Of a stretch of DNA of 64,000 nucleotides, positions 53,901 to 63,178 are shown one piece after another. The position numbers and the translations under genes were made by a program. The stretch is from an uncultured Acidobacteriota bacterium (GTDB lineage Bacteria; Acidobacteriota; Terriglobia; Acidiferrales; UBA7541): assembly GCA_963742475.1 (NCBI GenBank), contig CAVULY010000008.1, positions 274,828 to 338,827 of the forward strand. The letters run 5' to 3'. Each line of letters opens with the position of its first letter. Position 1 is the stretch's first letter. Under the pieces are notes generated by a model. That model worked only from the letters and a program-made list of their open reading frames with translations, searched no databases and was not told where the DNA came from.

Positions 53901-54376
53901 AAGAAATCCGCCTCGCGGGCCTGCTGCACGACATCGGCAAAGTCGGCATTCCCGAAACCATTTTGAACAAGTCCGGCCCGCTCGACGCCGCCGAATGGAC
54001 CACCATGAAGACTCACACCGAACTCGGCGCGAAAATTCTCGAGCCGCTCGCGGCCATGAATCGCATCCGCGAAATGGTTCGCCACCATCACGAATTTTTC
54101 GACGGCACCGGCTATCCCGACCGCCTCACCGCCGACCAGATTCCCCTCGGCGCGCGCGTCATCGCCATCGCCGACGCCTACGACACCATCACGTCCGAGC
54201 GCACCTACAAAAAAGCGCGCAACCCCGAAGAAGCCTTCTCCGAACTCGAGCGCTGCGCCGCCAACCAATTCGATCCCGAAATCGTCCGCGGCTTCGTCGA
54301 AGCCATGCGCCGCGCACCCCAGCAGCACATCGCCGCTTCCGTAGGCGCCTCCGAATCCGACGACCTCGGCTCCTAG
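50936..54376 (+). CDS. Membrane sensor with three GAF domains, a GGDEF diguanylate cyclase and an HD-GYP phosphodiesterase
   Basis: About 6-7 N-terminal TM helices; three GAF-like blocks; RRSD(x5)GGDEF (I-site plus active site); HD-GYP (LLHDIGKVGIP, HHEFFDGTGYP). TTG start preceded by AGGAG. Confidence 0.85.
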   Translation: MFGLRSIGLLSHLNTSAVVLLAGAFLLGAFFAYVYQQKRQAYLLVWASAWLLVSLYFVRPAFVGSLALPAWMDAINEWVMAVAALAFFCSARLYARLTLSIKRIALAVAVAAGWSFAYPREWIAVPLGFGVAVVFFLTAQVFWQEGRKQESRADKLLAATFVATGVLRLMLIFQARLGPLANANLLPFALLAEIVGGVLMLMAVYEEERRRVERNMLALSNLNLATSSFAGGEIQKMLAQALDRVLNVVRIPAGALILHYGDEHGPASVVVTGLDDSFCSSVQENNLDDYIVKLVARLGGLVVLRDLARDANWLALEKEESFRHVRKMLLGQGLRTMVGISLQAKDRVFGVLLLGTPDNRNFAPPELRLLLALGHQIGMAVENSYLIQQTARRSEELHILNEIGRALSSTLDPDALFERIYSEMQRLLDVNSLFIAFYDRKSELLRFEIEVNDGQRQPKRSRQKGNHLAEYVIRTAQPLLIREQFAEETARLGFTPNRQAGSICAVPLILYNQAIGVMAVHSAQERAFDEGHVELLRVLASEAAVAIENARLFSEEQKKSKQLTLINNVSSHAITTLNPEEMLAKIAAEIENALTYDHIGIAILDYSSKELEIQAEAGARRDALGRRIALGEGLVGHVARTGQIAAVTTVGADSPRPVLPGTVSAIALPVTYAESLLGVLYVESSKPCEFAEEEIRLLRTLADLFAGALHNAVIFQKAQEQAITDGLTGVKTHRFLMEALSSEWKRSTRANRPFALVLMDLDRFKFVNDFYGHLEGDVVLQRVGHILEQNCRRSDVVARYGGDEFVILMPETSVEQAIQLASKLRGWVAADPLLRDKNITASFGIAGFPVHGSTPQELIQVADSSMYLSKHQGGNSVSSAEQGDPNDTKRWKKDVLEAYLGVTLKRQFSTGPDAFDEIYRRLEQFTRSLIEHGDGDAGDPVPPAVVDTVTSLALAIDAKDRYTQGHSQKVSAYSVMIAQALRMNQAEVEEIRLAGLLHDIGKVGIPETILNKSGPLDAAEWTTMKTHTELGAKILEPLAAMNRIREMVRHHHEFFDGTGYPDRLTADQIPLGARVIAIADAYDTITSERTYKKARNPEEAFSELERCAANQFDPEIVRGFVEAMRRAPQQHIAASVGASESDDLGS

Positions 54377-54405
54377 TCATAAATTCCGAGTCCGCTTTAT
54401 TCCTC

Positions 54406-54522
54406 GTAGCGCCGGCCTGCCTGCCGGTAGGCAGGCGTCTCGCCGGCTGTTTTTCTCTGCGCCTCTGCGGTAAAACGCTTTTGTCTTTCTCAGATTTTTC
54501 TCCGTGTCCTCCCTGTTAAATC
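54406..54522. repeat. Composite intergenic repeat: GTAG-headed nested hairpins plus two TTTTCTC(T/C)G(C/T)G motif blocks
   Basis: GTAGCGCCGGC CCTGCCT-gccggt-AGGCAGG cgtctcGCCGGC (54406-54447); ttttctctgcgcctctgcggtaaaac (54451-54476); ttttctccgtgtcctccctgttaaatc (54496-54522). Confidence 0.7.
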
Positions 54523-54633
54523 TTGTGACTTAACCTGAACGTCTCTCCCCGCTCAACCACTGGACGCACCCCGCAATCCCCGCTAAAGTTTAGTCTGTAA
54601 ATCTCGCCACCGCGCGTCACCCGGAGACTCTCC

Positions 54634-55047
54634 ATGCAGACCGCAACCGTAAAGTGGATCGGCCGTGAAGAATTCCTCGCGACCATGCCCTCCGGCCACG
54701 CCGTCCCCTTCGACGCTGACCGCAAACTCAATTCCGCCCCCGGCCCCATGGAAATGCTTCTCGGCGCGCTCGGCTCCTGCACCGCAGTGGACGTCATCTC
54801 AATCCTCGAAAAAAAACGCCAGAAACTCGCCACCCTCGAAATCGAAGTTTCCGGCGAACGCGCCAAAGACCCGCCCTCGGTCTGGACCAAAATCGCAATC
54901 GTCTACCGCCTCTCCGGCCGCCTCGATGAAAAAGCAGTCCGCGACGCCATCGAACTGAGCCAAAATAAATACTGTTCCGTCGCCGCCATGCTCCGCAAAA
55001 CCGCCGAAATCACCTACCGCTTCGAAATCCTTCCCCAGCCTTCATAG
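54634..55047 (+). CDS. OsmC/Ohr family peroxiredoxin-like protein
   Basis: PMEMLLGALGSCTAVDV... and ...SQNKYCSVAAML (the two conserved Cys). Confidence 0.8.
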   Translation: MQTATVKWIGREEFLATMPSGHAVPFDADRKLNSAPGPMEMLLGALGSCTAVDVISILEKKRQKLATLEIEVSGERAKDPPSVWTKIAIVYRLSGRLDEKAVRDAIELSQNKYCSVAAMLRKTAEITYRFEILPQPS

Positions 55048-55124
55048 CGGTGAAGGCTCTAGCGCCAGCAGCCCACTCGCTGCCAATCCGCCGATCCCGT
55101 AGCAAGCCCATCCCGCTCTCGTTT

Positions 55125-55907
55125 ATGATGGTTCCGTTGAGTCCAATGCCGCGCCAGCTAAAACCTGCAGCCGTGCCCTTCGCCTTCCTCACCTCCGCGC
55201 TGCTCCTGTTATGTTCCGGCTTGCACGCTCAAGAAAACTGCAACGTGGAAACGAAGCTGTTGCTCTCGCCCGCGGAAACTCAATCTGCCATCGCGGCTCT
55301 TGCTGCCACCAAAGAAACCGCCGGTCGCATCTATTTCTTCGATACCGCTGCGCTCGATCTGCTTTCGCAAGGCGCAATCGTGCGGCTGCGCCAGGGCGCG
55401 AAGACCGATCTCACCGTCAAATTGCGCCCACCCAACGGGAAGAATTTCTCCACTCCCTCGCAGGCGCGCGATGGCTTCAAATGCGAAGTGGACATGACCC
55501 AGGAAGGAGCGAACTCCTCCTATTCGATTACCACGCAACTTGCCACCAAGGAGCTGCCCCGAACAGGAACCGGCGTTGCCCGCCTCCTGAGTCCCGCGCA
55601 ACTAAAACTTCTCCAGGACGCACACGTATCCGTTGACTGGACCGCTGTGAGAAGAATTGCGGAGATCACCTCAACCGATTGGCAGACCGCATCCCAACCG
55701 CGCCTGGGAAAGCTCACACTGGAACTTTGGGAATGGCCGGGAGGGAAAGCTCTCGAACTCTCCGCGAAGGTCTCATCGGATGCAGCGTCTTCCACCTACG
55801 CGGAATTGCAACAACTCGTAAAGACGAAGCAGCTCGCGATGAGCACAGATCAACGCGTCAAGACCAGGATCGCGCTCGAAGCGATCACCCACCCCGCCGC
55901 ACACTAA
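55125..55907 (+). CDS. Secreted CYTH-like (triphosphate tunnel) domain protein
   Basis: Signal peptide (LLLLCSGLHAQ); VETKLLL (ExK), YFFDT...IVRLRQG...LTVKLR, KCEVDM, LTLELWEW...ALELSAK strands resembling CYTH. Tentative. Confidence 0.5.
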   Translation: MMVPLSPMPRQLKPAAVPFAFLTSALLLLCSGLHAQENCNVETKLLLSPAETQSAIAALAATKETAGRIYFFDTAALDLLSQGAIVRLRQGAKTDLTVKLRPPNGKNFSTPSQARDGFKCEVDMTQEGANSSYSITTQLATKELPRTGTGVARLLSPAQLKLLQDAHVSVDWTAVRRIAEITSTDWQTASQPRLGKLTLELWEWPGGKALELSAKVSSDAASSTYAELQQLVKTKQLAMSTDQRVKTRIALEAITHPAAH

Positions 55908-55947
55908 AGCCGCCGAGCAATCGCGTGTGTCCTCGCGCGCCCGTGCT

Positions 55948-56280
55948 TCAGGAAGTCGCTGCCGACGCCGCCGCGACTTTCACGAAATCGTGCACCATCA
56001 CTTCTTCCTCGCGGATCGCAGGGAACCCACCCGCAAACGCCAACGCGCGCGCCAGTGCCTGGTAGAAATACACGTTGTTCTCGCTCTCGTGCAGCGCTTC
56101 CTGCGTGTCCCACAGCGTCATCACCCGCACATCCGGCGGGTCAGACTTCTCCACGCGCAGCACCAACAATGCCTGAAATCCTTTCTGTTGGCGCATCAGC
56201 GGAATCGAAGATTGCAGCCCCGCGACGAACTCATTCAGTTTCTCGGGAGCTACGCTGAACTGCGATACTCGTGCATGCAT
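55948..56280 (-). CDS. ABM (antibiotic biosynthesis monooxygenase)-like small protein
   Basis: 110 aa, ferredoxin-like pattern (...GFQALLVLR...VMTLWDTQEAL...). Confidence 0.5.
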   Translation of the reverse strand: MHARVSQFSVAPEKLNEFVAGLQSSIPLMRQQKGFQALLVLRVEKSDPPDVRVMTLWDTQEALHESENNVYFYQALARALAFAGGFPAIREEEVMVHDFVKVAAASAATS

Positions 56281-56481
56281 GGCCGCCTCCTGGGAATCGT
56301 GGTGGACGGGGAACGATGTGGCGCCAGTCTACCCCCATTACACCCCGCCACAAAGCGCCCAATTCCCATCGCCGTCTCATCGAAAGCAGTCACAATCCCT
56401 TGTCACACCAGCATCCGATTGCATACAATCACCAGCTACTCTTTTCGATTCTGTCATTTCAGTTCTTCCTGGGGGAAATGA

Positions 56482-57480
56482 ATGGGCCGACGCATCGCCG
56501 CAAAGATTACCGGAGTGGCTGGATACGTTCCGCCGCGCGTGGTCACCAATCTCGATCTGGAAAAGCGAGTGGACACCAGCGACGAATGGATTCGCACCCG
56601 CACCGGAATTCGCGAGCGGCATTACGCAGATCCAGGTGTGGCGTCCTCCCATCTCGGCGCAGAAGCAGCCCGCAAACTGCTCACCGCCCGCGGCGTTAGC
56701 CCGGACGACATCGGCATGATCGTCGTCGCCACCGTAACTCCAGACATGCTTTTCCCCGCCACCGCCTGCCTCATCCAGGATCATATCGGCGCGAAAAATG
56801 CCTGGGGATTCGATCTCTCCGCTGCCTGTTCCGGCTTCCTGTACGCCCTCACCGTCGGCGCGCAATTCGTTGCCAGCGGCGCGCACAAAAAAGTTCTGGT
56901 CATCGGTAGTGACGTGATGACCTCCATTCTCGATTACACCGATCGCGCCACCTGCGTGCTCTTCGGCGATGGCGCCGGCGCGGTCCTCCTCGAGCCTGCG
57001 GCCTCCGATTCCGAAGGTATCCTCGATTTCGTCCATGACGTGGATGGTTCCGGCGGCTGCAACTTGTACATGCCCGGCGGCGGCTCGCTGCACCCAGCGT
57101 CGCAGCAGACCATAGACAACCGCATGCACTTCGTCCATCAGGAAGGCGCGCAGGTCTTCAAATACGCCGTGCGCCGCATGAGCGAACTCGCCGTGGAAAT
57201 TCTCGAACGCAACGGACTCACCAGCAAGGATCTCGCGTTGGTCGTCCCGCACCAGGCCAATCTGCGCATCATTCGCGGCATGCAGGAACGTCTCGGTGTG
57301 GACGATTCTAAAGTTCTCGTGAATATCGATCGCTTCGGAAACACCACCGGCGGCACCATCCCTCTCGGCATGATGGACGCGGTCGAACAAAAGCGCCTCC
57401 GCAAAGGCGACCTCGTCCTCCTGATCGCCGTAGGCGCCGGCTACACCACCGGCGCAGTCCTCATGCGCTGGGCGTATTAA
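56482..57480 (+). CDS. fabH: Beta-ketoacyl-ACP synthase III
   Basis: [16 protein letters not shown], active-site Cys context [30 protein letters not shown]. Confidence 0.95.
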   Translation: MGRRIAAKITGVAGYVPPRVVTNLDLEKRVDTSDEWIRTRTGIRERHYADPGVASSHLGAEAARKLLTARGVSPDDIGMIVVATVTPDMLFPATACLIQDHIGAKNAWGFDLSAACSGFLYALTVGAQFVASGAHKKVLVIGSDVMTSILDYTDRATCVLFGDGAGAVLLEPAASDSEGILDFVHDVDGSGGCNLYMPGGGSLHPASQQTIDNRMHFVHQEGAQVFKYAVRRMSELAVEILERNGLTSKDLALVVPHQANLRIIRGMQERLGVDDSKVLVNIDRFGNTTGGTIPLGMMDAVEQKRLRKGDLVLLIAVGAGYTTGAVLMRWAY

Positions 57481-57610
57481 GTTGTAGGGGACCCGCCGGA
57501 TCTAATCGTAGGAAACGTGATCCAAAAGGGAAGGGCTTCGTTGCTTTGATTTCGCAGCGGCCATCCCACCCCCGGCTCGGGATGGGCGCCATTGATCTTG
57601 AATCAACTTT

Positions 57611-57725
57611 TGATTTTGTAGCGGCCGGTTCAGTTTCACCGAACCGGGCAGCCGTAGGTTAGCCGTAAATTCCGCAGCGTCGGCCTGCCACTGCGCAGGC
57701 ATCTCGCCGTTTCCGCAATTGCAAC
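57611..57725 (+). repeat. Diverged copy of the 181-bp composite unit (GTAG + CCGGTTC/GAACCGG hairpin core)
   Basis: tgattttGTAGCGGCCGGTTCagtttcaccGAACCGGGCAGCCGT matches the cores at 60980-61024 and 61161-61205. Downstream ...gcaggcatctcgccgtttccgcaattgc resembles the start of the next unit. Confidence 0.7.
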
Positions 57726-57747
57726 TCACCCGCTACTACTGGCCGAC

Positions 57748-60118
57748 CTAACGTCCCACAATCACCAGCACCGGATTTCTATCGCCCGTCGTGGTCGTGA
57801 TCATCACCATCTTGAGCGGCGTCACCATATAATATGCTCCGGTGAAAGGCGCCGGCGACGTTAGCGTCACCGTCCCGCTGCCGTCTATTGCACCGGTCGG
57901 CGAAAGCACATAGGTACCCGTCACCGTCTCAGCGCTGGTGTTCGCCGACGAAGTGCTTTCATCCTGCGTTCCGTTTACCGTCGCAGGCGTCACGCCGCCG
58001 TCGAAAATCAGGTAGCCCGAAAAATCTCGATCCGCGCTCACCGCCGGCGCTGTGGTTCCTTCCACCAGCGACGTATTTTGCACAATAAAACTCGTCGTGA
58101 ATTGTGCGGGTTGCGACTGCGAATCGAACTCACCGAATATCGGCGCGCCGCCCAATTGGCCCATCACAAACGCGTCTCGCGAGTCGATCATATACAGCAC
58201 CGGCTCGAACGCGTTGTTGATATCAAGACCCGTGAACACCCGACCGTACTGATCGCTGCTGTATGTAACAGATTGCGGGGTTCCCGCTGTCGAAGTCACA
58301 ATCCCGCCTTCATTGTCCGTGAGCGATAGATCAAAATTCGCCCCGCCGGGTACCAGTTGCAGCACTGAAACGTACGGCACGTTTTGCACCGTTCCGCTGA
58401 CGCCACCGGCCATCGGCCCGTTGATCACCGTGCCGAAGAACGGTTGTCCAATCTGCAGCTTCATATCCGCAAGGCTGACGTACGGACTTGTAGGATTCGT
58501 CGCCGTATCCGTCTCAATCAAAAATGCCTCTACCCCAGAAACCGGATACACGTCGTAATTCAAATTGCCGATGGACGCGCTCATTTGGAAGATGCAGTGG
58601 GTGTTATCCGCGCCAGAGAGGTAGCTGCCCGAAATCGGATCGCCTCCCGCACTCCCCAATGGCACTGATCCCGGAACATTTTCGTCCATTTCTCCGGGTC
58701 CCAAGCTCCCTACCGTGGTCGGTGGAATCGGCGGGACTGCCGTGATTGCTCCCGCAAACGCCAGCGGGCCTGCGCCAGACGGGCCAACCGACGACGTGAA
58801 TCCGGTTCCGCCGAACGCGAAGTTGCCGATGTACGTGGTCGTCGAGCCCCACCACGCACGTGCTGACGGTCTGCGCCTCCAGCCGTCCCGAACCTCGCGT
58901 GCCCGTTCCATCAAACTCGATCAGCCGTCCGTGCCCCGAGCCACCCGGATCAATCGAGAACGCAAATGTCGGCGTGCCGGTGACGTTGTTGAACGTGATC
59001 GTCCCGCGGCCGTCCACTCCCGCCGTGTACGTGCCGGTTATGCCGGTGAAGAGCGTGTTCGATTGCAGCGTCGTGAAATCCGCTTCGCCCGCGGTGATCT
59101 GGCCCAAGCCGTTCGCCGTGAACGTACCGGCGGCCGCGACGTAACCACCGCCATTAAATCCGCTGAAACTAAATGCATAAGGACCCGTCAGCAGCGTCAG
59201 ATCTTGTACTGGATTAATCACCAGTGTGTACGTGTTTGTGATCGCCGCCGGCGTCGCCGCGCTATCCGTCACCGTGATGCCGAAAGTAAATGTTCCCAGC
59301 GTCGTCGGATTCGGGTTGGCCAGCAGCCCGTTGGTCAACGTAAATCCGGCCGGCAAGCTCGATCCCGTCGCCACCGTGAACGTGTAAGGTGGTGTCCCGC
59401 CCGTCGCAGCGAACTGGTCGCTGTACGCGGTGCCCACCGTCGCGGGTGGCAGCGGCGAAGTGGTCGTGAACGCCAGTGTGCTCACCACAATCTGCAGCGG
59501 TCCAGACGTGCTGAACGCTCCGGTAGCATCTGTCACCGTCACCGTGATCACCGATACTCCCTGTGTCGTGGCCGTGCCGGTGATGTTTACCGTATCCGTA
59601 TTGCTCGCTCCCAATTTCAATCCCGCCGGCAACGTTCCAGACGCCAGCGTCCACGCCAGCGGCGGCACCCCGCCAGTCGCCGTGATCGGCGCGCTGTACG
59701 CCGCGCCCAAAGTTGCCGTCGGCAGCGACGTCGTCGTAATCGTCGGCGGCGGCTCGATTTTCACCGTCAGCGTCGCCGACTGCGCCGGAAAATCCACCGA
59801 AGTCGCCGTGATCGTCACAATCGTCTCTGACGCCACCACCCCCGGCGCCACATAATTCGCCGTCAAAGAAGTCAGCTGCGTCAGCGTCCCCACTCCCGCC
59901 GGCAGTAACGTGAAAGTTACCCCGCCATTCAGCTGCGTGTCGTTCAGCACCGTCGCGCTGATCAGCGAAATTGCGCCGCCCTGCGCGATGTACATCGTCC
60001 CGCTGGGCGAAATGCTCACTCTGTTAAAAGTAGCTGGCTTGCCGGAGCAGGCAGAGAATTGCACCAGAGCTAGAATTATCAATGGAAGCAAACAGGAAAA
60101 TCTGGCGCGGCTCTGCAT
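57748..60118 (-). pseudogene. Large (~790 aa) lipoprotein with Ig-like (He_PIG-type) repeats, frameshifted
   Basis: Lipobox-like signal (LALVQFSAC); repeated ...TTSLP.ATLGAAYS..I.ATGG.PP..W/F.. units in ORF 58604-60163 up to ...GRLEAQTVS. Continues as WWGSTTTYIGNFAFGGTGF... in ORF 57748-58914. The break is near 58855-58865. Confidence 0.65.
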
Positions 60119-60313
60119 GGCGCCTCCTTCGGTCGGCACTCTCATTATTGCTGTTGGAATCACCCATAATATTTAGGCACGAAAGCCTCCGCGCCCGATG
60201 GGAAATACCCACTCCGCATGGCGTATCAGGTAACTGGCTGAAGGGACAGAATGTGTGGAGAGTGCTTACACTTCGGGCGGGCTAAAGCGATACCAGGGGG
60301 ATCGCGCGGGCGA

Positions 60314-60736
60314 CTAGTAAGACCGCACTTCTGCCGCCAGCTCTTGATTGCTGCGCAGCCGCTGCGACAATACCGCAGCCGTATAGCGCGCGCACAGCGC
60401 CATCTCGCGGTTGGTCCAGCCACCGAAGCCTCGCGCGCCGGGCGCCACGATTGCGTCGCCCAGCCCGTTCATCAGCTTCAGGAAGCTGTAATAGACGCGC
60501 ACCGAACGCAGGCTGCCGCTGGCTTTCTTCAAATCCGGGCAAAGGCCCTGCAGACTGGATATGTCCGCGAAGTCCTTTCCATTCATAATGTTATGGGAGA
60601 TCGCAGCCGTCATCTCAGCCTGCTCGCCGGCAGGCTCAGTGGCGATGGTCCGCAGCAGCCCAGCCCGCCAGCTGAAGACGGCGAACTGCACCATCGCTGC
60701 GAAACAGATCACGAGAATGAACGCTGAGATAAACAT
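60314..60736 (-). CDS. Small single-pass membrane protein, unknown function
   Basis: MFISAFILVICFAAMVQFAVFSW TM helix followed by a ~115-aa soluble part. ATG at 60736 inside ORF 60314-60862. No family recognised. Confidence 0.45.
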   Translation of the reverse strand: MFISAFILVICFAAMVQFAVFSWRAGLLRTIATEPAGEQAEMTAAISHNIMNGKDFADISSLQGLCPDLKKASGSLRSVRVYYSFLKLMNGLGDAIVAPGARGFGGWTNREMALCARYTAAVLSQRLRSNQELAAEVRSY

Positions 60737-60942
60737 GTTCGACCTCGCACAGTGTGCCGTTTCGCGCCGCCCCCGGCAATAGCTCACTCGTACTAAGCCA
60801 AGTAAACTCCCCGGGCGCTCCCGCCCCACGGCTCGTGCCAGATGTAGCAGGTTGTCGGCCACCCCGTTCGTTGATAGGCTGTGCCCCGCAAGAATTTCGT
60901 AGCGCTGGCTCGTCCTGAGAGCCTGACGGCGTCAGGATCGAA

Positions 60943-61268
60943 GGGCGTCTCGCCGGCTCTTGGCAATTGCTGACGATTTTGCCTTTGTAGCGGCCGGTTC
61001 AGTTTCATCGAACCGGGCAGCAGTTGGTGTTGGTTTTAAAGGGGCGTGTCTTAGACCCGCCCGCGCACCCGTCGGCTCCGTTGCCGAAGGGTTGCATTCG
61101 AATACGCCTGCCTTCTCGTAGGCGGGCGTGTGGCCGGCGCTTGGCAATTGTTGACGATTTTGCTTTTGTAGCGGCCGGTTCAGTTTCATCGAACCGGGCA
61201 GCCGTTGCTGTTGGTTTTGTCGGGACAGCGTCTCGGACCCGCCCGCGCACCCGTCGGCTTCGTTGCCG
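60943..61268 (+). repeat. Tandem duplication (period 181 nt) of a ~145-nt composite unit
   Basis: Unit 1 is 60943-61086 and unit 2 is 61124-61268. By eye they are about 85-90% identical, including ttggcaattg.tgacgattttgc.tttGTAGCGGCCGGTTCagtttcatcGAACCGGGCAGC and gacccgcccgcgcacccgtcggct. Confidence 0.85.
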
Positions 61269-61340
61269 TTGAGTTGAAATTAGCAGCGCCGGCCGATTGC
61301 GCGAACGCGTCCATATTTGTCCCACTCAGGAGGAACACAA

Positions 61341-61841
61341 ATGCCCGCAAAATTTCGCATCGCCCTATTGTTCGCTCTAGCCCTCGCAGTCTCCCTCGCC
61401 TTCGTCGTGCGCTCTTCCGTCGCCGCTCCTGCCGATTCCTCCGACGAAGCGCAAATTCGCGCCGTCCTCGATATGCAGACAGCCGCCTGGAATCGCGGCG
61501 ATATTGACACCTTCATGACCAGCTATTGGAAATCCGATCAAACCCTCTTCATCGGCGCCAGCGGCATCGCCCGAGGCTATCAAGCCGTCCTCGATCGCTA
61601 TCACCACGCTTATCCCGACCGCAAATCCATGGGCACCGTCTCGTTCTCCGATCTGGAAGTTCACGTCACCTGCCCCGATGCCGCCTACGTCGTCGGAAAA
61701 TTCCACCTCGCCCGCGAAGCCGACCAACCCTCCGGCGTCTTCTCCCTCGACTTCCGAAAATTTCCCGAAGGCTGGCGCATCATCCTCGATCACACCACCG
61801 CCTTCCCCACCGCCGCGGTCGTCCCGGCCGCATCCCATTGA
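61341..61841 (+). CDS. Secreted DUF4440/SnoaL-like (NTF2-fold) protein
   Basis: Signal peptide; IRAVLDMQTAAWNRGDIDTFMTSYW...GWRIILDHTT pattern. Confidence 0.6.
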   Translation: MPAKFRIALLFALALAVSLAFVVRSSVAAPADSSDEAQIRAVLDMQTAAWNRGDIDTFMTSYWKSDQTLFIGASGIARGYQAVLDRYHHAYPDRKSMGTVSFSDLEVHVTCPDAAYVVGKFHLAREADQPSGVFSLDFRKFPEGWRIILDHTTAFPTAAVVPAASH

Positions 61842-61868
61842 TCGAGCTTGCTCGCGGAATCACGCTTT

Positions 61869-61897
61869 CGTAGCGGCGCACTTCAGTGCGCCATCGT
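61869..61897 (+). repeat. GTAG-headed hairpin, 29 nt, identical to 63179-63207
   Basis: cGTAGCGGCGCACttcaGTGCGCCatcgt: 7-bp stem, 4-nt loop. Confidence 0.85.
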
Positions 61898-62150
61898 TCT
61901 TAGGCAGCACCCCAGCGATACGGGGTAGGGGCGCTTCTGACAATACGATGAGCATCGTCATCCTGAGGCCGGCGCCTTTGCCTCATGCCGGTCGAAGGAT
62001 CTCTCCCGCTTTCCTAAACCCTCGCTCCTGCTTCGACTTTCTCGGCGCTCGACTAAACTGTTCACGCCGTATTCCCCAACGCCCCCTTTTCATACATAAT
62101 GAAACCCACAGAATCGTCACCATCTCGCATTGCGAAAAAGGAGCATCCAC

Positions 62151-63101
62151 GTGCGCGCAGTCATCACCGGTGGCGCAGGTTTTCTCGGCTCGCATCTCTG
62201 CGAACTGCTGCTGGGAAAAGACTGGGAAGTTCTCTGCCTCGATAACCTCGTCACCGGCAGCGATTCCAACATCGCCCACCTCCTCCCGCATCCGAAATTC
62301 CGCTTCGCCCGCCAGGATGTCTCGCGTTACATCGAAGTCCCCGGCCCCGTGGACGTCGTCCTGCATTTCGCTTCGCCCGCCAGCCCGCCCGACTATCTCA
62401 AATATCCGATTCAAACCCTGAAAGTCGGCGCTCTCGGCACTCACAATTCCCTGGGCCTCGCCCTCGCCAAAAAAGCTAGCTACCTTCTCGCCTCCACTTC
62501 CGAATGTTACGGCGATCCGCAAGTCAGCCCGCAACCCGAAAGTTACTGGGGCCACGTGAATCCCGTCGGCCCGCGCGGCGTTTACGATGAATCCAAACGC
62601 TACGCCGAAGCCATGACCATGGCCTATCATCGTTATCACGGCCTCGACACGCGCATCGTCCGCATCTTTAATACCTACGGCCCGCGCATGCGTTTGAACG
62701 ACGGCCGCGCTCTCCCCAACTTTCTCTACCAGGCCCTCGTCGGCGAACCCATCACCGTCTACGGCGACGGCAAACAAACTCGCAGCTTCTGCTACGTCTC
62801 CGACCTGCTCGCCGGAATCTACAAGCTTCTCGAATCCAACGAGCACGATCCCACCAACATCGGCAATCCACAGGAAATTACCATCCTGGAATTTGCCGAA
62901 CGCGTCCGCAAACTCGTCGGCGCCACCACTCCCATCGTCTTCCGCCCGCTCCCCCAAGACGATCCCAAGCAGCGCTGCCCCGATATCACCAAAGCCAAGC
63001 GCATCCTGAAATGGGAGCCCAAGGTAACCCTGGAAGAGGGCCTGCAACGCACCTACGAATATTTCCGCGAAAAATTAGCCCAATCCACCCCAACAAAATA
63101 A
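62151..63101 (+). CDS. UDP-glucuronate decarboxylase (UDP-xylose synthase), SDR family
   Basis: [59 protein letters not shown] at 62151 is preceded by AAGGAG. Confidence 0.85.
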   Translation: MRAVITGGAGFLGSHLCELLLGKDWEVLCLDNLVTGSDSNIAHLLPHPKFRFARQDVSRYIEVPGPVDVVLHFASPASPPDYLKYPIQTLKVGALGTHNSLGLALAKKASYLLASTSECYGDPQVSPQPESYWGHVNPVGPRGVYDESKRYAEAMTMAYHRYHGLDTRIVRIFNTYGPRMRLNDGRALPNFLYQALVGEPITVYGDGKQTRSFCYVSDLLAGIYKLLESNEHDPTNIGNPQEITILEFAERVRKLVGATTPIVFRPLPQDDPKQRCPDITKAKRILKWEPKVTLEEGLQRTYEYFREKLAQSTPTK

Positions 63102-63127
63102 TCACTCCCGCGAGGTTATCTTGGAGT

Positions 63128-63158
63128 GCGGCGGCTTGCCGCCGCCTTCCCGTTTCTC
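63128..63158 (+). terminator. Possible intrinsic terminator after the UXS gene
   Basis: GCGGCGGC-tt-GCCGCCGC perfect 8-bp inverted repeat followed by a pyrimidine/T-rich cttcccgtttctc. The U-tract is weak. Confidence 0.35.
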
Positions 63159-63178
63159 GGAAGGGTGGACGCGTCATG

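Noticed and set aside
60961-60976. Sigma54-type promoter (TGGCA....TTGC) inside the composite repeat (ttggcaattgctgacg).
   Set aside because: The GG and GC elements are 6 nt apart instead of about 12, so the spacing does not match the -24/-12 architecture.
57502-61189. Small ORFs 57502-57729, 60793-61008 and 60932-61189 sharing the sequence KLNRPLQ(R/K/N)Q (the latter two start MKLNRPLQ; in the first it is internal, ...VKLNRPLQNQ).
   Set aside because: The shared peptide is simply the translation of the repeat core on the minus strand. The ORFs overlap each other and have no coding-like composition outside the repeat.
57618-61205. tRNA fragment or T-arm: the minus strand of the core reads GGTTCGATGAAACTGAACC.
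   Set aside because: There is no acceptor, D or anticodon arm around it, and the loop sequence is not T-loop-like. The whole window lacks any cloverleaf candidate that I could find.
57611-61268. The repeated GTAGCGGCCGGTTC...GAACCGGGCAGC cores as a CRISPR array.
   Set aside because: There are only three copies, with irregular spacing (3.4 kb and 181 nt). The sequence between the tandem copies is itself repeated. No cas genes are present.
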